Positions 52,678 to 63,353 of a DNA stretch of 64,000 bases are shown here, in pieces (position 1 is the first letter of the stretch; each line of letters starts with the position of its first letter). The DNA lies in contig OZ024744.1 of the NCBI GenBank assembly GCA_964016885.1, forward strand, positions 117,428,001-117,492,000, written 5' to 3'. Source of the stretch: Eledone cirrhosa (taxonomy: Eukaryota). A model generated the notes under the pieces. The model worked only from the letters and a program-made list of their open reading frames with translations, did no database searches and had not been told where the DNA came from. The position numbers were made by a program, and so were the translations under genes.

Positions 52678-53412
52678 ATGTCTGATTTAACCAGTTCTAC
52701 CATATGGGCTGTGACAGCTGCAGGTCGCGGGAAAATAAAATTCAGTTTTTTGAGCAAGACTACCAAGGAATTCGATATTTTAAGTGACACTTCCTTCCAA
52801 CCCCAGAAAAGAACCATATTCTCAGGAGGGGATATAAATGCTTCATATACTTTTATAAATACCAAATCCAATACCCAAGAGATATTACCCAAGCATCTTC
52901 TTCACCTCATGGTTAGGTACTGCCAGAAATATTTGGTGTTTGACATCAACGATGATTTGCGAAAGTATGATTTTCTTAACCAGAAGAGTTCTGTAAGTCC
53001 AGCCGATTTTTTTACGATCAATGAGGACTCCAGCTTCCCGACTCCGACAGCAGCCGATTCCACACCCAATCAACACCACGGCTTACCTCTGTACATCGTA
53101 ACATTGTATAAAGTAGAGAACGCAGGCATGAGCCTAGAAGTAGGAGAATATAAGCAGAGTATAGTCAAAAGTTTCAATAATGACAGGATGACCCATCCAT
53201 ATCGACACACACATGACATGCTCACAAACGGATCATTAAGCCACATTGTTAAAAATGATCAGATTTTTCAGATCATGGCCGCAATGGACTACTTTCTGTT
53301 CTATTATAAGGAGCACGAGCTGTCTTTACTGAGAGGCACAGTCTTAACGAGATATGAAGGTATGCATATAGTTACCACAGAGAATGTAGGTCACTACAAT
53401 ACCCCCTCCTAG
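52678..53412 (+). CDS. Endogenous rhabdovirus-like nucleoprotein fragment, copy 3
   Basis: Same 244-aa translation as copy 1. Confidence 0.82.
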   Translation: MSDLTSSTIWAVTAAGRGKIKFSFLSKTTKEFDILSDTSFQPQKRTIFSGGDINASYTFINTKSNTQEILPKHLLHLMVRYCQKYLVFDINDDLRKYDFLNQKSSVSPADFFTINEDSSFPTPTAADSTPNQHHGLPLYIVTLYKVENAGMSLEVGEYKQSIVKSFNNDRMTHPYRHTHDMLTNGSLSHIVKNDQIFQIMAAMDYFLFYYKEHELSLLRGTVLTRYEGMHIVTTENVGHYNTPS

Positions 53413-54473
53413 ACAGAAGTCGATACGGATTATCGAATCAGCAAGAACAAATGCTGAAAGAGCACATCAGTTTAAAAATAATAATTGAGCAGAAGGCTGC
53501 ATGCAAGAAGAAAAATGATGCGCTAAGGGCCGTGTTGAGCGGCTGTGTCAAATGACTAGCTGTTTTGTAGTTTATACGTGACCACCAAAGGTCTAACAAA
53601 AACGGATAAAGTCTGATATGGGCGAAGTTGCTGTTCTTGCATTAAATGTTAATGGTAAGTGTTGTACCAGTAGCTGTGGACGAAGCTATTATGGTAGTTT
53701 ACCAGTGCTGGCAAGAAGATGATGGGTAGGCGAGAAAATGTTGGCCTCCCAGATGTATTGCCGAATGTGCTAGGGAGCCAGGAAAAAATGGCTGGTTGCT
53801 TTGAAAAGAAAAAAAAAGCAAGTTTAATCTGTAGGTGGGTTGCAGTGTAAATTCCATAATTCGGGCAAATCCACAGAAGTGGTGGAAAGGGATCTCGCAG
53901 AATATTACGTTTGAAGAACATGTACTAAGAACAACACTTTGGTGTGTGACAAAGAAATGTGTGCATATGCAAGTATGCAAAACAGCAAAGAATGTGAATG
54001 AACAAAAACCATGAGCAAGCAAATAACAAAAGAGCCCAAAACAAGTAAATGCATTCTACAAAGAAATATGTGAATGTAACAAACTGATAATTCAAAGTGA
54101 ATATAAGGGAGCAGAGAAATTAATGATCAATGATAAGTTCAAAGTTTTTCAAAGTCAAATAGTTCACACATCACCAGTGTACAGACTTTCTGACACTAGT
54201 TCTATCTGAAAACTGAAAAAGAAGTTTGTTAATGCCACTAGGGGTTAGATGTATATTGTTTTTGAGAGTTTTCGTGGCCATTCTACCGTCCTGCCACCTC
54301 GTGTGACAAAAGGTTGTGTTGCTTGTTGTTAAAGCAAAGTCAATGAATCTTCTGTAGAGTCGCAGTCGAGCGTTGAAGAACCCAGAGTCACCAATATGGC
54401 AGCCACGTCTGACGACATAATAGTGAGAAAGCTAATGTCTTAATTTCTCGAGTCCTTGTGGTAACGAGACAGA

Positions 54474-55208
54474 ATGTCTGATTTAACCAGTTCTACCATA
54501 TGGGCTGTGACAGCTGCAGGTCGCGGGAAAATAAAATTCAGTTTTTTGAGCAAGACTACCAAGGAATTCGATATTTTAAGTGACACTTCCTTCCAACCCC
54601 AGAAAAGAACCATATTCTCAGGAGGGGATATAAATGCTTCATATACTTTTATAAATACCAAATCCAATACCCAAGAGATATTACCCAAGCATCTTCTTCA
54701 CCTCATGGTTAGGTACTGCCAGAAATATTTGGTGTTTGACATCAACGATGATTTGCGAAAGTATGATTTTCTTAACCAGAAGAGTTCTGTAAGTCCAGCC
54801 GATTTTTTTACGATCAATGAGGACTCCAGCTTCCCGACTCCGACAGCAGCCGATTCCACACCCAATCAACACCACGGCTTACCTCTGTACATCGTAACAT
54901 TGTATAAAGTAGAGAATGCAGGCATGAGCCTAGAAGTAGGAGAATATAAGCAGAGTATAGTCAAAAGTTTCAATAATGACAGGATGACCCATCCATATCG
55001 ACACACACATGACATGCTCACAAACGGATCATTAAGCCACATTGTTAAAAATGATCAGATTTTTCAGATCATGGCCGCAATGGACTACTTTCTGTTCTAT
55101 TATAAGGAGCACGAGCTGTCTTTACTGAGAGGCACAGTCTTAACGAGATATGAAGGTATGCATATAGTTACCACAGAGAATGTAGGTCACTACAATACCC
55201 CCTCCTAG
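54474..55208 (+). CDS. Endogenous rhabdovirus-like nucleoprotein fragment, copy 4
   Basis: Same 244-aa translation as copy 1. Confidence 0.82.
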   Translation: MSDLTSSTIWAVTAAGRGKIKFSFLSKTTKEFDILSDTSFQPQKRTIFSGGDINASYTFINTKSNTQEILPKHLLHLMVRYCQKYLVFDINDDLRKYDFLNQKSSVSPADFFTINEDSSFPTPTAADSTPNQHHGLPLYIVTLYKVENAGMSLEVGEYKQSIVKSFNNDRMTHPYRHTHDMLTNGSLSHIVKNDQIFQIMAAMDYFLFYYKEHELSLLRGTVLTRYEGMHIVTTENVGHYNTPS

Positions 55209-56269
55209 ACAGAAGTCGATACGGATTATCGAATCAGCAAGAACAAATGCTGAAAGAGCACATCAGTTTAAAAATAATAATTGAGCAGAAGGCTGCATGC
55301 AAGAAGAAAAATGATGCGCTAAGGGCCGTGTTGAGCGGCTGTGTCAAATGACTAGCTGTTTTGTAGTTTATACGTGACCACCAAAGGTCTAACAAAAACG
55401 GATAAAGTCTGATATGGGCGAAGTTGCTGTTCTTGCATTAAATGTTAATGGTAAGTGTTGTACCAGTAGCTGTGGACGAAGCTATTATGGTAGTTTACCA
55501 GTGCTGGCAAGAAGATGATGGGTAGGCGAGAAAATGTTGGCCTCCCAGATGTATTGCCGAATGTGCTAGGGAGCCAGGAAAAAATGGCTGGTTGCTTTGA
55601 AAAGAAAAAAAAAGCAAGTTTAATCTGTAGGTGGGTTGCAGTGTAAATTCCATAATTCGGGCAAATCCACAGAAGTGGTGGAAAGGGATCTCGCAGAATA
55701 TTACGTTTGAAGAACATGTACTAAGAACAACACTTTGGTGTGTGACAAAGAAATGTGTGCATATGCAAGTATGCAAAACAGCAAAGAATGTGAATGAACA
55801 AAAACCATGAGCAAGCAAATAACAAAAGAGCCCAAAACAAGTAAATGCATTCTACAAAGAAATATGTGAATGTAACAAACTGATAATTCAAAGTGAATAT
55901 AAGGGAGCAGAGAAATTAATGATCAATGATAAGTTCAAAGTTTTTCAAAGTCAAATAGTTCACACATCACCAGTGTACAGACTTTCTGACACTAGTTCTA
56001 TCTGAAAACTGAAAAAGAAGTTTGTTAATGCCACTAGGGGTTAGATGTATATTGTTTTTGAGAGTTTTCGTGGCCATTCTACTGTCCTGCCACCTCGTGT
56101 GACAAAAGGTTGTGTTGCTTGTTGTTAAAGCAAAGTCAATGAATCTTCTGTAGAGTCGCAGTCGAGCGTTGAAGAACCCAGAGTCACCAATATGGCAGCC
56201 ACGTCTGACGACATAATAGTGAGAAAGCTAATGTCTTAATTTCTCGAGACCTTGTGGTAACGAGACAGA

Positions 56270-57055
56270 ATGTCTGATTTAACCAGTTCTACCATATGGG
56301 CTGTGACAGCTGCAGGTCGCGAGAAAATAGAATTCCGTTTGAGCAAGACTACCAAGGAATTCGATATTTTAAGTGACACTTCCTTCCAACCCCAGAAAAT
56401 AACCATATTCTCAGGAGGGGATATAAATGCTTCATATACTTTTATAAATACCAAATCCAATACCCAAGAGATATTACCCAAGCATCGTCTTCACCTCATG
56501 GTTAGGTACTGCCAGAAATATTTGGTGTTTGACATCAACGATGATTTGCGAAAGTATGATTTTCTTAACCAGAAGAGTTCTGTAAGTCCAGCCGATTTCT
56601 TCACGATCAATGAAGACACCAGCTTCCCGACTCCGACAGCAGCTGATTCCACACCCAATCAACACCACGGCTTACCTCTGTACATCGTAACATTGTATAA
56701 AGTAGAGAACGCAGGCATGAGCCTAGAAGTAGGAGAATATAAGCAGAGTATAGTCAAAAGTTTCAATAATGACAGGATGACCCATCCATATCGACACACA
56801 CATGACATGCTCACAAACGGATCATTAAGCCACATTGTTAAAAATGATCAGATTTTTCAGATCATGGCCGCAATGGATTATTTTTTATTCCATTATAAGG
56901 AGCACGAGCTGTCTTTACTGAGGAGAGGCACAGTCTTAACGCGATATGAAGGTATGCATATAGTTACCAGTGTGGTTTTGGGGTTTTTTTTTTTTGGTTT
57001 TTTTATAACGGTAGAGACGATAGAAGAGGTGAAGGCGTGGAAGTCAACAATATGA
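56270..57055 (+). CDS. Endogenous rhabdovirus-like nucleoprotein fragment, divergent copy 5
   Basis: Keeps the full RxGT spacing (LLRRGTVLTRY) and FLFHYKEHE; C-terminal extension differs from copies 1-4. Confidence 0.82.
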   Translation: MSDLTSSTIWAVTAAGREKIEFRLSKTTKEFDILSDTSFQPQKITIFSGGDINASYTFINTKSNTQEILPKHRLHLMVRYCQKYLVFDINDDLRKYDFLNQKSSVSPADFFTINEDTSFPTPTAADSTPNQHHGLPLYIVTLYKVENAGMSLEVGEYKQSIVKSFNNDRMTHPYRHTHDMLTNGSLSHIVKNDQIFQIMAAMDYFLFHYKEHELSLLRRGTVLTRYEGMHIVTSVVLGFFFFGFFITVETIEEVKAWKSTI

Positions 57056-57325
57056 TGTGTGGTGGTTGCGTCGGTAAGGCTATGAAGCTGCCATCTCACT
57101 ATTCCCTGTTGTTGGTTAGTGGTTAAACAATGTTGTCGCTGCTGCTGCTGCTGCTGCTGCCGTTGTTGTTGTTGTTGATTGTAGACAGGACCTGTCGCTA
57201 GCCATTTTGTAATTTCCTCGTGGCGAAAAGTTTTTGAAATACTGCTAATTTTTTTTTAAATTTTAAAAGGAATATTTTGTATTTTCGTAAATTGCACTGA
57301 ACAAAAAGGCTGCGTAAAATTCTTA

Positions 57326-57337
57326 CGTCGGTCACCA
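57326..57337 (-). promoter_or_regulatory. Primer-binding site of the minus-strand LTR element
   Basis: TGGTGACCGACG begins 1 nt after the LTR-terminal CA. Confidence 0.7.
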
Positions 57338-57338
57338 G

Positions 57339-57419
57339 TGTGGTAAAATGTATGTATGTATCATAATTGGATTGCTTATTGACATAGACGTGAGGGAAGG
57401 TCCCTCGTCTATTTACTAT
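57339..57419 (-). repeat. Remnant of the 5' LTR (U5 end), cut off by the + strand Gypsy
   Basis: Homologous to 47311-47383; abuts the TG of the next element's LTR. Confidence 0.68.
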
Positions 57420-58245
57420 TGTAGTGGCTGAGATGGTCGCTTGGCAACTAGCAGTTGCCTCCCCTTAACAACCCTTCAGAGAGCGGAGGTAAAAATACAT
57501 CCGGACACAGACGCAGGTTCACTCACTCTCTTTGGACCGCAGACATGAACAGACGTGGAAAGATTCGCTCCTCAAAATATTGACGTTGTAGGAAATTTAC
57601 TAAATTATCGCATTTAATAAAATGATTATTAGATTTGATTGTTCATTTATTTATTCAACAAAGAGAAACATCCCTTTCCTTTATCAACCCTGACGATAAA
57701 GAATGAAAACGTAGCCTATTTGAATTCGCCATTCGTTTTAACGGCAATGTGGAATGGCTTAACATTTGGAATGTTCGAATCACTTAGCGTAAGTCCATAA
57801 AATTCATAATATTCCATTTGTTGAAGCACGCATACAGACAAACACAAAAATACAACACAAAAAAAAATAATTAAAAAAAAAAAAAGGATTTCTCTGGATA
57901 TAGAATTTTGCTTTCAACATTATGTGGAAATTACAAATGGAGACTCAGATATTTTGTTTTCCCGCGTTCAGCTTGTCTTCTCCAACCCAGCCATCTGATT
58001 GGCTGCATCGTGCCACATGACGGCTTCTTCATCACGGACACATTTTTAAATCAGCCATCTTGGATTTTCTTACCATTAATTTTCATAGAAAATGATTTTT
58101 TTTATTATTAAAATTTTCTTTAGAATATTTTTTTTAAAGAAAAAAAATTAGTATTTCAAAACGGCTACCACCAATTACCAGCAATCAGCAGCAACACAAG
58201 GCTAACTATTGACCAACACCAAAAAGTCATCAAATACGTGGCACC

Positions 58246-59037
58246 ATGAGTCAACATCATTTGCCGTCCTTCGCAGGCGACATCAAGTTGTGGTTTGCGC
58301 AGCTGGAATGTTTCTTCGAATTGACGAAGACAAAGGAACAGCATAAGCTGAAGGTCCTGATCAATGGCCTACCTGTTTCCTTGGCATTCTCGGTGAAGGA
58401 CGTTTTGACGGATTTAGACGCCGACGTTACCTACGGCTCATTAAAGAACGAAATTCTTCGCAGAAATACCAAGTCGGTAGAGAGCCGTTTTCAGGAGTTG
58501 TTGGAGGATGCTCAAATGGGTGACAGGAAGCCGAGCTCCTATTTGCGACATTTGCGGGAGTTGAGCGACTCCCAGGGGATTGACACCCCCTTCATAAAGC
58601 AGCTTTTTTTTTTCACGTCTACCACCAAGTGCGCAAAGGATATTGGTCAATAGTTTAGAGAAGGATTCATTAGAGCAACTTGCCGCGTCCGCGGATAAGA
58701 TACTTGAGGTGGACTCGAACAGCAGTCAGCATAATCCTTATGTGGCTTCAGCTTCCCCCCCCCCCCCCCACGCAGTTCTTCTGTGGCCGACAGCAAACTG
58801 TTGGAGTTGATTGAAGCTCTCACCAAAAAGGTAGAAGATTTGACGGTACATCACAGAGAGCCTTCTCAACGTTTGAGGTACCGTTCGCCGCCGTCCTCTA
58901 TTCATCGCCAGTACTACAACGCAGACAACAATAATTCTTCGTTGTGTTGGTACCATGCTAACTTCGGCAATAGGGCACAACGTTGTCGCACGCCCTGTAA
59001 TTACAAGAAATCGGGAAACGCAAAGCAGAGCCACTAG
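58246..59037 (+). pseudogene. Gypsy gag, frameshifted at homopolymer runs
   Basis: LWFAQLE, MGDRKPSSYLRHLREL, CWYHANFGNRAQRCRTPC. Confidence 0.85.
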
Positions 59038-59079
59038 GGGCGGCTAGTGAACTCTGGGAAAACCGACCGAACCACCATC

Positions 59080-62000
59080 TTTTCGTATACGACCTGCGGT
59101 CAAAAAAATGTTTCCTTGTCGATACTGGCGCGTCGCTGAGTATTTGGCTAGTCAGTTATCTCAAAAAAAGCCCAGCTGAATCAAATATAAATCTACGAGC
59201 AGTCAACCACACGGCCATTCGAACGTACGGGCAAATTTCGCTTCCTCTTCGGTTAAAAAATTTGCAGCGTGATTTGAGGTGGAAGTTTACTATCGCCGAC
59301 TTGCCATACGCCATTTCGGGAGCGGATTTTCTCCACCATTTTTCCTTGTTGGTGGACATTCGCAGACAACGCTTTTTGATGCTAAAACAGGCCTTTCTTT
59401 CGAGGATTCAGAGCCGGATGTCGCCACTGTCAGCCCTTCCTTTTTCTTGGCTGAAGTGGGCAACCAGTATCAAAGCCTGCTACATTCATTCCCTCAGTTG
59501 ACGCAGGGAAAGTTACGAATAACTAGCCCGGATCATGCGATTGAACACTTCATATCCACTACAGGTCCACCTGTTTTCTCACGTCCTCGAAGATTATCTA
59601 CAGAGAAGTTGAAAGCTGCACGTCTTGAATTCGACCACATGCTGGAATTGGGAATAATTCGGCGCTCCACAAGTCCTTGGGCATCGCCTCTACATATGGT
59701 ACCTAGATCTTCTGGGGATTGGAGACCGACGGGTGACTACCGACGCTTAAACGCGATTACTGTGCCTGACCGTTATCCAATCCCGCATTTGCAGGATTTT
59801 GCATCGTCATTGCAGGGTTGCAGAATCTTTTCTAAGCTTGATTTGATCCGCGCTTATAATCAAATTCCGGTTAACAAGGAGGATATCCCAAAGAGTGCTA
59901 TTGCCACTCCTTTCGGATCATTCGAGTTCCTCACTATGCCTTTCGGCCTTAGAAATGCTGCAAGTACCTTCCAACGATTTATGGATGATGTTACTCGGGG
60001 CCTGGATTTTGTGTACACGTATATCGATGACGTGTTGATTGCTAGTTCTTCCCCTCAGCAGCATTCAAAGCATCTGGATCTCGTATTTCGTCGTTTACAG
60101 AGATATAATTGTTTCTACTTTTAGCACAAGGCCAGCAATTATTCTAGTGTATTACTGGTACTTTATTTTATCGACCCGTTAAGGATGAAAGGCAAAGTTA
60201 ACCTCGGCGGGTCTTGAACTCAGTCCGTAAACAGAGATATAATGTTCGTATTAATGCTTCCAAGTGTGTTTTCGGCTCGACTTCACTAACATTTTTAGGC
60301 CATCTGATTGACGCTGATGGTATTCGACCTCTTCCTGAGAAGGTTAAGGCAGTATCGGGTTTGCCTCCGCCAAGTTCACTGCGACAATTGCGTCAATTCC
60401 TGGGCCTTGTACATTTTTATAGGCGATTCGTACCTGGTTGTTCCAAATTGCTGTTCTCGTTGACAGAGATTTTTAAGGGTTGCCGGCGTAAGAATATGGA
60501 CATTTCCTTAAATAAAACGCAGCTTGATGATTTTAAAAAAGTGAAAAAGGCGTTAGCGAACGCGTCTTTGCTCGCCCACCCAGTACCCAACGCCGAGCTA
60601 TCGCTCTGTGTTGATGCTTCGGATAGCGCCGTGGGCGCAGTCTTACAGCAGAAGTGTGATGGGGTACAGCAACCACTCGAGTTCTTTTCGAGGAAGTTAA
60701 AGCCTGCCGAAACTCGCTATAGCACCTTTGGAAGGGAGCTATTAGCAATTTATTTATCAGTGAAACATTTTGCTCATGTACTTGAAGGTAGAACATTCAC
60801 CATTTTCACTGATCATAAACCTTTGACGTTTGCTCTTCGAACTAAAGCAGTCAAATACTCGCCCAGAGAAACGAGACATCTGGACTTCATCTCACAGTTC
60901 ACGAACGACATTCAACATATTCCGGGTTCTTTGAATACAGCGGCCGATGCGCTGTCTCGCCTGCCGATCGCATCGATTTCGTCTTCCGAGGAGATAGATT
61001 TACATCGAATGGCAGCTGCCCAACCCACTCTCGAATCGTTGGATGTTACATCGCCAGAGTTTGTACATTGCAAACTGAAATACATTCCGATCTCAACTGC
61101 TGACGGACAAATACTGTGTGAGGTTTCGTTGGACTCACCACGACCTCTAGTCCCAGTGGAACATCGACGAACTGCGTTTCTCGCTTTACATGGCATTTCT
61201 CACCCAGGAGTATCAGCCTCAGTAAAACTCATAACAGCCAGATTTTTCTGGCCTGGTATGAGACGTGACATTGCTGCTTGGTGTCGTTCCTGTGTCGCTT
61301 GCCAACAAGCGAAAGTTCATAGACATGTTAAGGCTCCTCTCGGAACCTTCACCTGCCCCGATGCAAGATTTCGTCACATTCATGTGGACATCGTCGGCCC
61401 GTGGCCGGTTAGTCGTGGTTTTTCGTATCTTTTGACGATTGTTGACCGTTTTTCGCGTTGGCCTGAAGCCGTCCCTATAACAGATATCACCGCCGAAACC
61501 ACAGCCCGTACCCTCGTATCTTCGTGGATCGCTCGTTTCGGTGTACCAACCACCATAACAACGGATCGTGGTCGTCAATTTGAGTCTAACCTCTTCCGAG
61601 AGCTAACCCAAATCCTGGGGGCTACTCGAATAAGAACCACGGCTTACCACCCAGCCTCAAACGGAATGGTGGAAAGATTCCACAGGCAGCTCAAAGCCTC
61701 CGTAAGGGCTTCCATGGACTCTTCACGTTGGAGTTGTATTGTTGGGTATTCGGTCGACGGTAAAGGTGGACCTTGGGTTCTCCTCTGCCGAATTAGTTTA
61801 TGGTACGCCTCTGGCGTTACTGGGGCAAATGCTGGCCCCTTTTGACCTGACTTCGCAGGACCCCGCTTCCTACGTGTCCCGGCTTCACTCTTATTTCAAG
61901 GATCTACCACCGATGGGCACTAGGAAGCAGACTAAAAACTGCCGTCCCAAGGGATATTGCCTTGTGGACCCATGTGTTCGTTAGAGACGACGCCGTGAGA

Positions 62001-62272
62001 CCCCCTCTTCAACGGCCGTACTCTGGACCCTATCGTGTGCTTGCTCGCACAGACAAACATTTCACACTGGACATTCGGGGTTCCAGGGAAACGGTTTCCA
62101 TTGATCGTCTCAAACGAGCAAACCTGGACAATGACACTTGAAACTCAAATGCCCCCCTCTTTTTCTTTGCCACACAGGCCTATTCCCCCCCCCCCCATTA
62201 ACACACAGAACTACGACCTGTTCTGGGCGAACGGTGCATTGGCCCCGTAAGCTATGCAGTAATATAAACTGA
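59080..62272 (+). pseudogene. Gypsy pol (protease, RT, RNase H, integrase), with frameshifts and a SINE insertion
   Basis: FLVDTGA; [26 protein letters not shown]; DASD, RELLAI, TDHKPL; HPG...[28 protein letters not shown]. Confidence 0.92.
60110..60230 (-). mobile_element. 5'-truncated SINE inserted in Gypsy RT with 13-bp TSD
   Basis: ACAGAGATATAAT at 60097-60109 and 60231-60243. Confidence 0.88.
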
Positions 62273-62987
62273 ATTATTATTTTTTTTTTTTGTTTTGTTT
62301 TTTTCCTTCCAATTGTTTTTGTTGTACATTGCATTTTGTTACTTTTGGATTCTTGACTGCCTACGGCAGTGTCAATATATTGTATTTTGCGTAACATTAC
62401 GACTGTTGTCAATTCTGACACAGACCTTTTTTTTTAGTGCATTTTTATAACTATGCTACATATGGCATTTTCATTGCCTAGCAAAACATTTTTTTTCTTG
62501 TTTATCGCATCTGGGGCCCCTTTATTGCGAAGAGTGTTATCTTTTCATGCATTTTGCATCTTTTACTGTACGTTTTTTTTTTTTTTTTTTCTGTGTTAAT
62601 GCTTGCAGACATGAACCTATTTATTATTTCTTTTTAATTTGTTGATACATTCTTCTACATTTTGTAAACTACCTTCGCTTCATTGTTAACGATTTTTCGA
62701 CAAAAAATCTGCTCCGAGGTGAATGTAGTGGCTGAGATGGTCGCTTGGCAACTAGCAGTTGCCTCCCCTTAACAACCCTTCAGGGAGCGGAGGCAAAAAT
62801 ACACCCGGACACAGCCACAGGTTCACTCACTCTTTTTGGACCACGGACATGAACAGACGTGGAAAGATCCGCTCCTCAAAATATTGACGTTGTAGGAAAT
62901 TTACTAAATTATTGCATTAAATAAAATGATTGTTAGACTTGATTGTGCATTTATTTATTCGACAAAGAGAAACATCCCTTTTCTTTA

Positions 62988-63353
62988 GAGGTATGTGGTG
63001 GCCTAGTGGTAACGATGTTAGACTGGGTTGTGTGTTGTGTTCTTGAACAAGACACTTCATTTCACATTACTACAGTATACTACTGTAGAGGTATATTGTG
63101 GCCTAGTGGTAAGGGTGTTAGACTGGGTTGTGTGTTGTGTTCTTGAACAAAACACTTCATTTCACATTACTACAGTATACTACATGGAGGTATGTGGGAC
63201 CTAATGGTAAGGGTGTTAGACTGGGTTGTGTGTTGTGTTCTTGAACTAAACACCTCATTTCACATTACTCCAGTATACTACAGTGGAGGTATGTGGTGGC
63301 CTAGTGGTAAGGGTGTTAGACTGAGTTGTGTGTTGTGTTCTTGAACAAAACAC
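62988..63353 (+). repeat. SINE-head-derived ~100-bp tandem array (same family as 46685-47310)
   Basis: Same unit and orientation. Confidence 0.85.

Larger units (their letters stand above)
47968..56969. repeat. 1796-bp tandem array, 5 units (LTR start + PPT + Gypsy 3' region + viral N-like ORF)
   Basis: ORF starts at 49086, 50882, 52678, 54474 and 56270, spaced exactly 1796 bp. Confidence 0.97.
47311..57419 (-). mobile_element. Non-autonomous Gypsy-type LTR retrotransposon carrying an amplified rhabdovirus-N-like insert
   Basis: Direct repeat 47331-47383 = 57367-57419 (51/53 nt). Minus-strand LTR end CA + C + PBS TGGTGACCGACG at 57326-57337; PPT AGAAGAGGGG before TGTAGTG at 48009-48022; Pol C-terminus TRGGRTVVWPRKL at 48857-48925. 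Confidence 0.78.
57420..62987 (+). mobile_element. Ty3/Gypsy LTR retrotransposon, near full-length, degenerate
   Basis: ~265-bp LTRs starting TGTAGTGGCTGAG at 57420 and 62724; gag, protease, RT, RNase H, integrase in Gypsy order; degraded PBS (ACCCTGACG). Confidence 0.93.
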
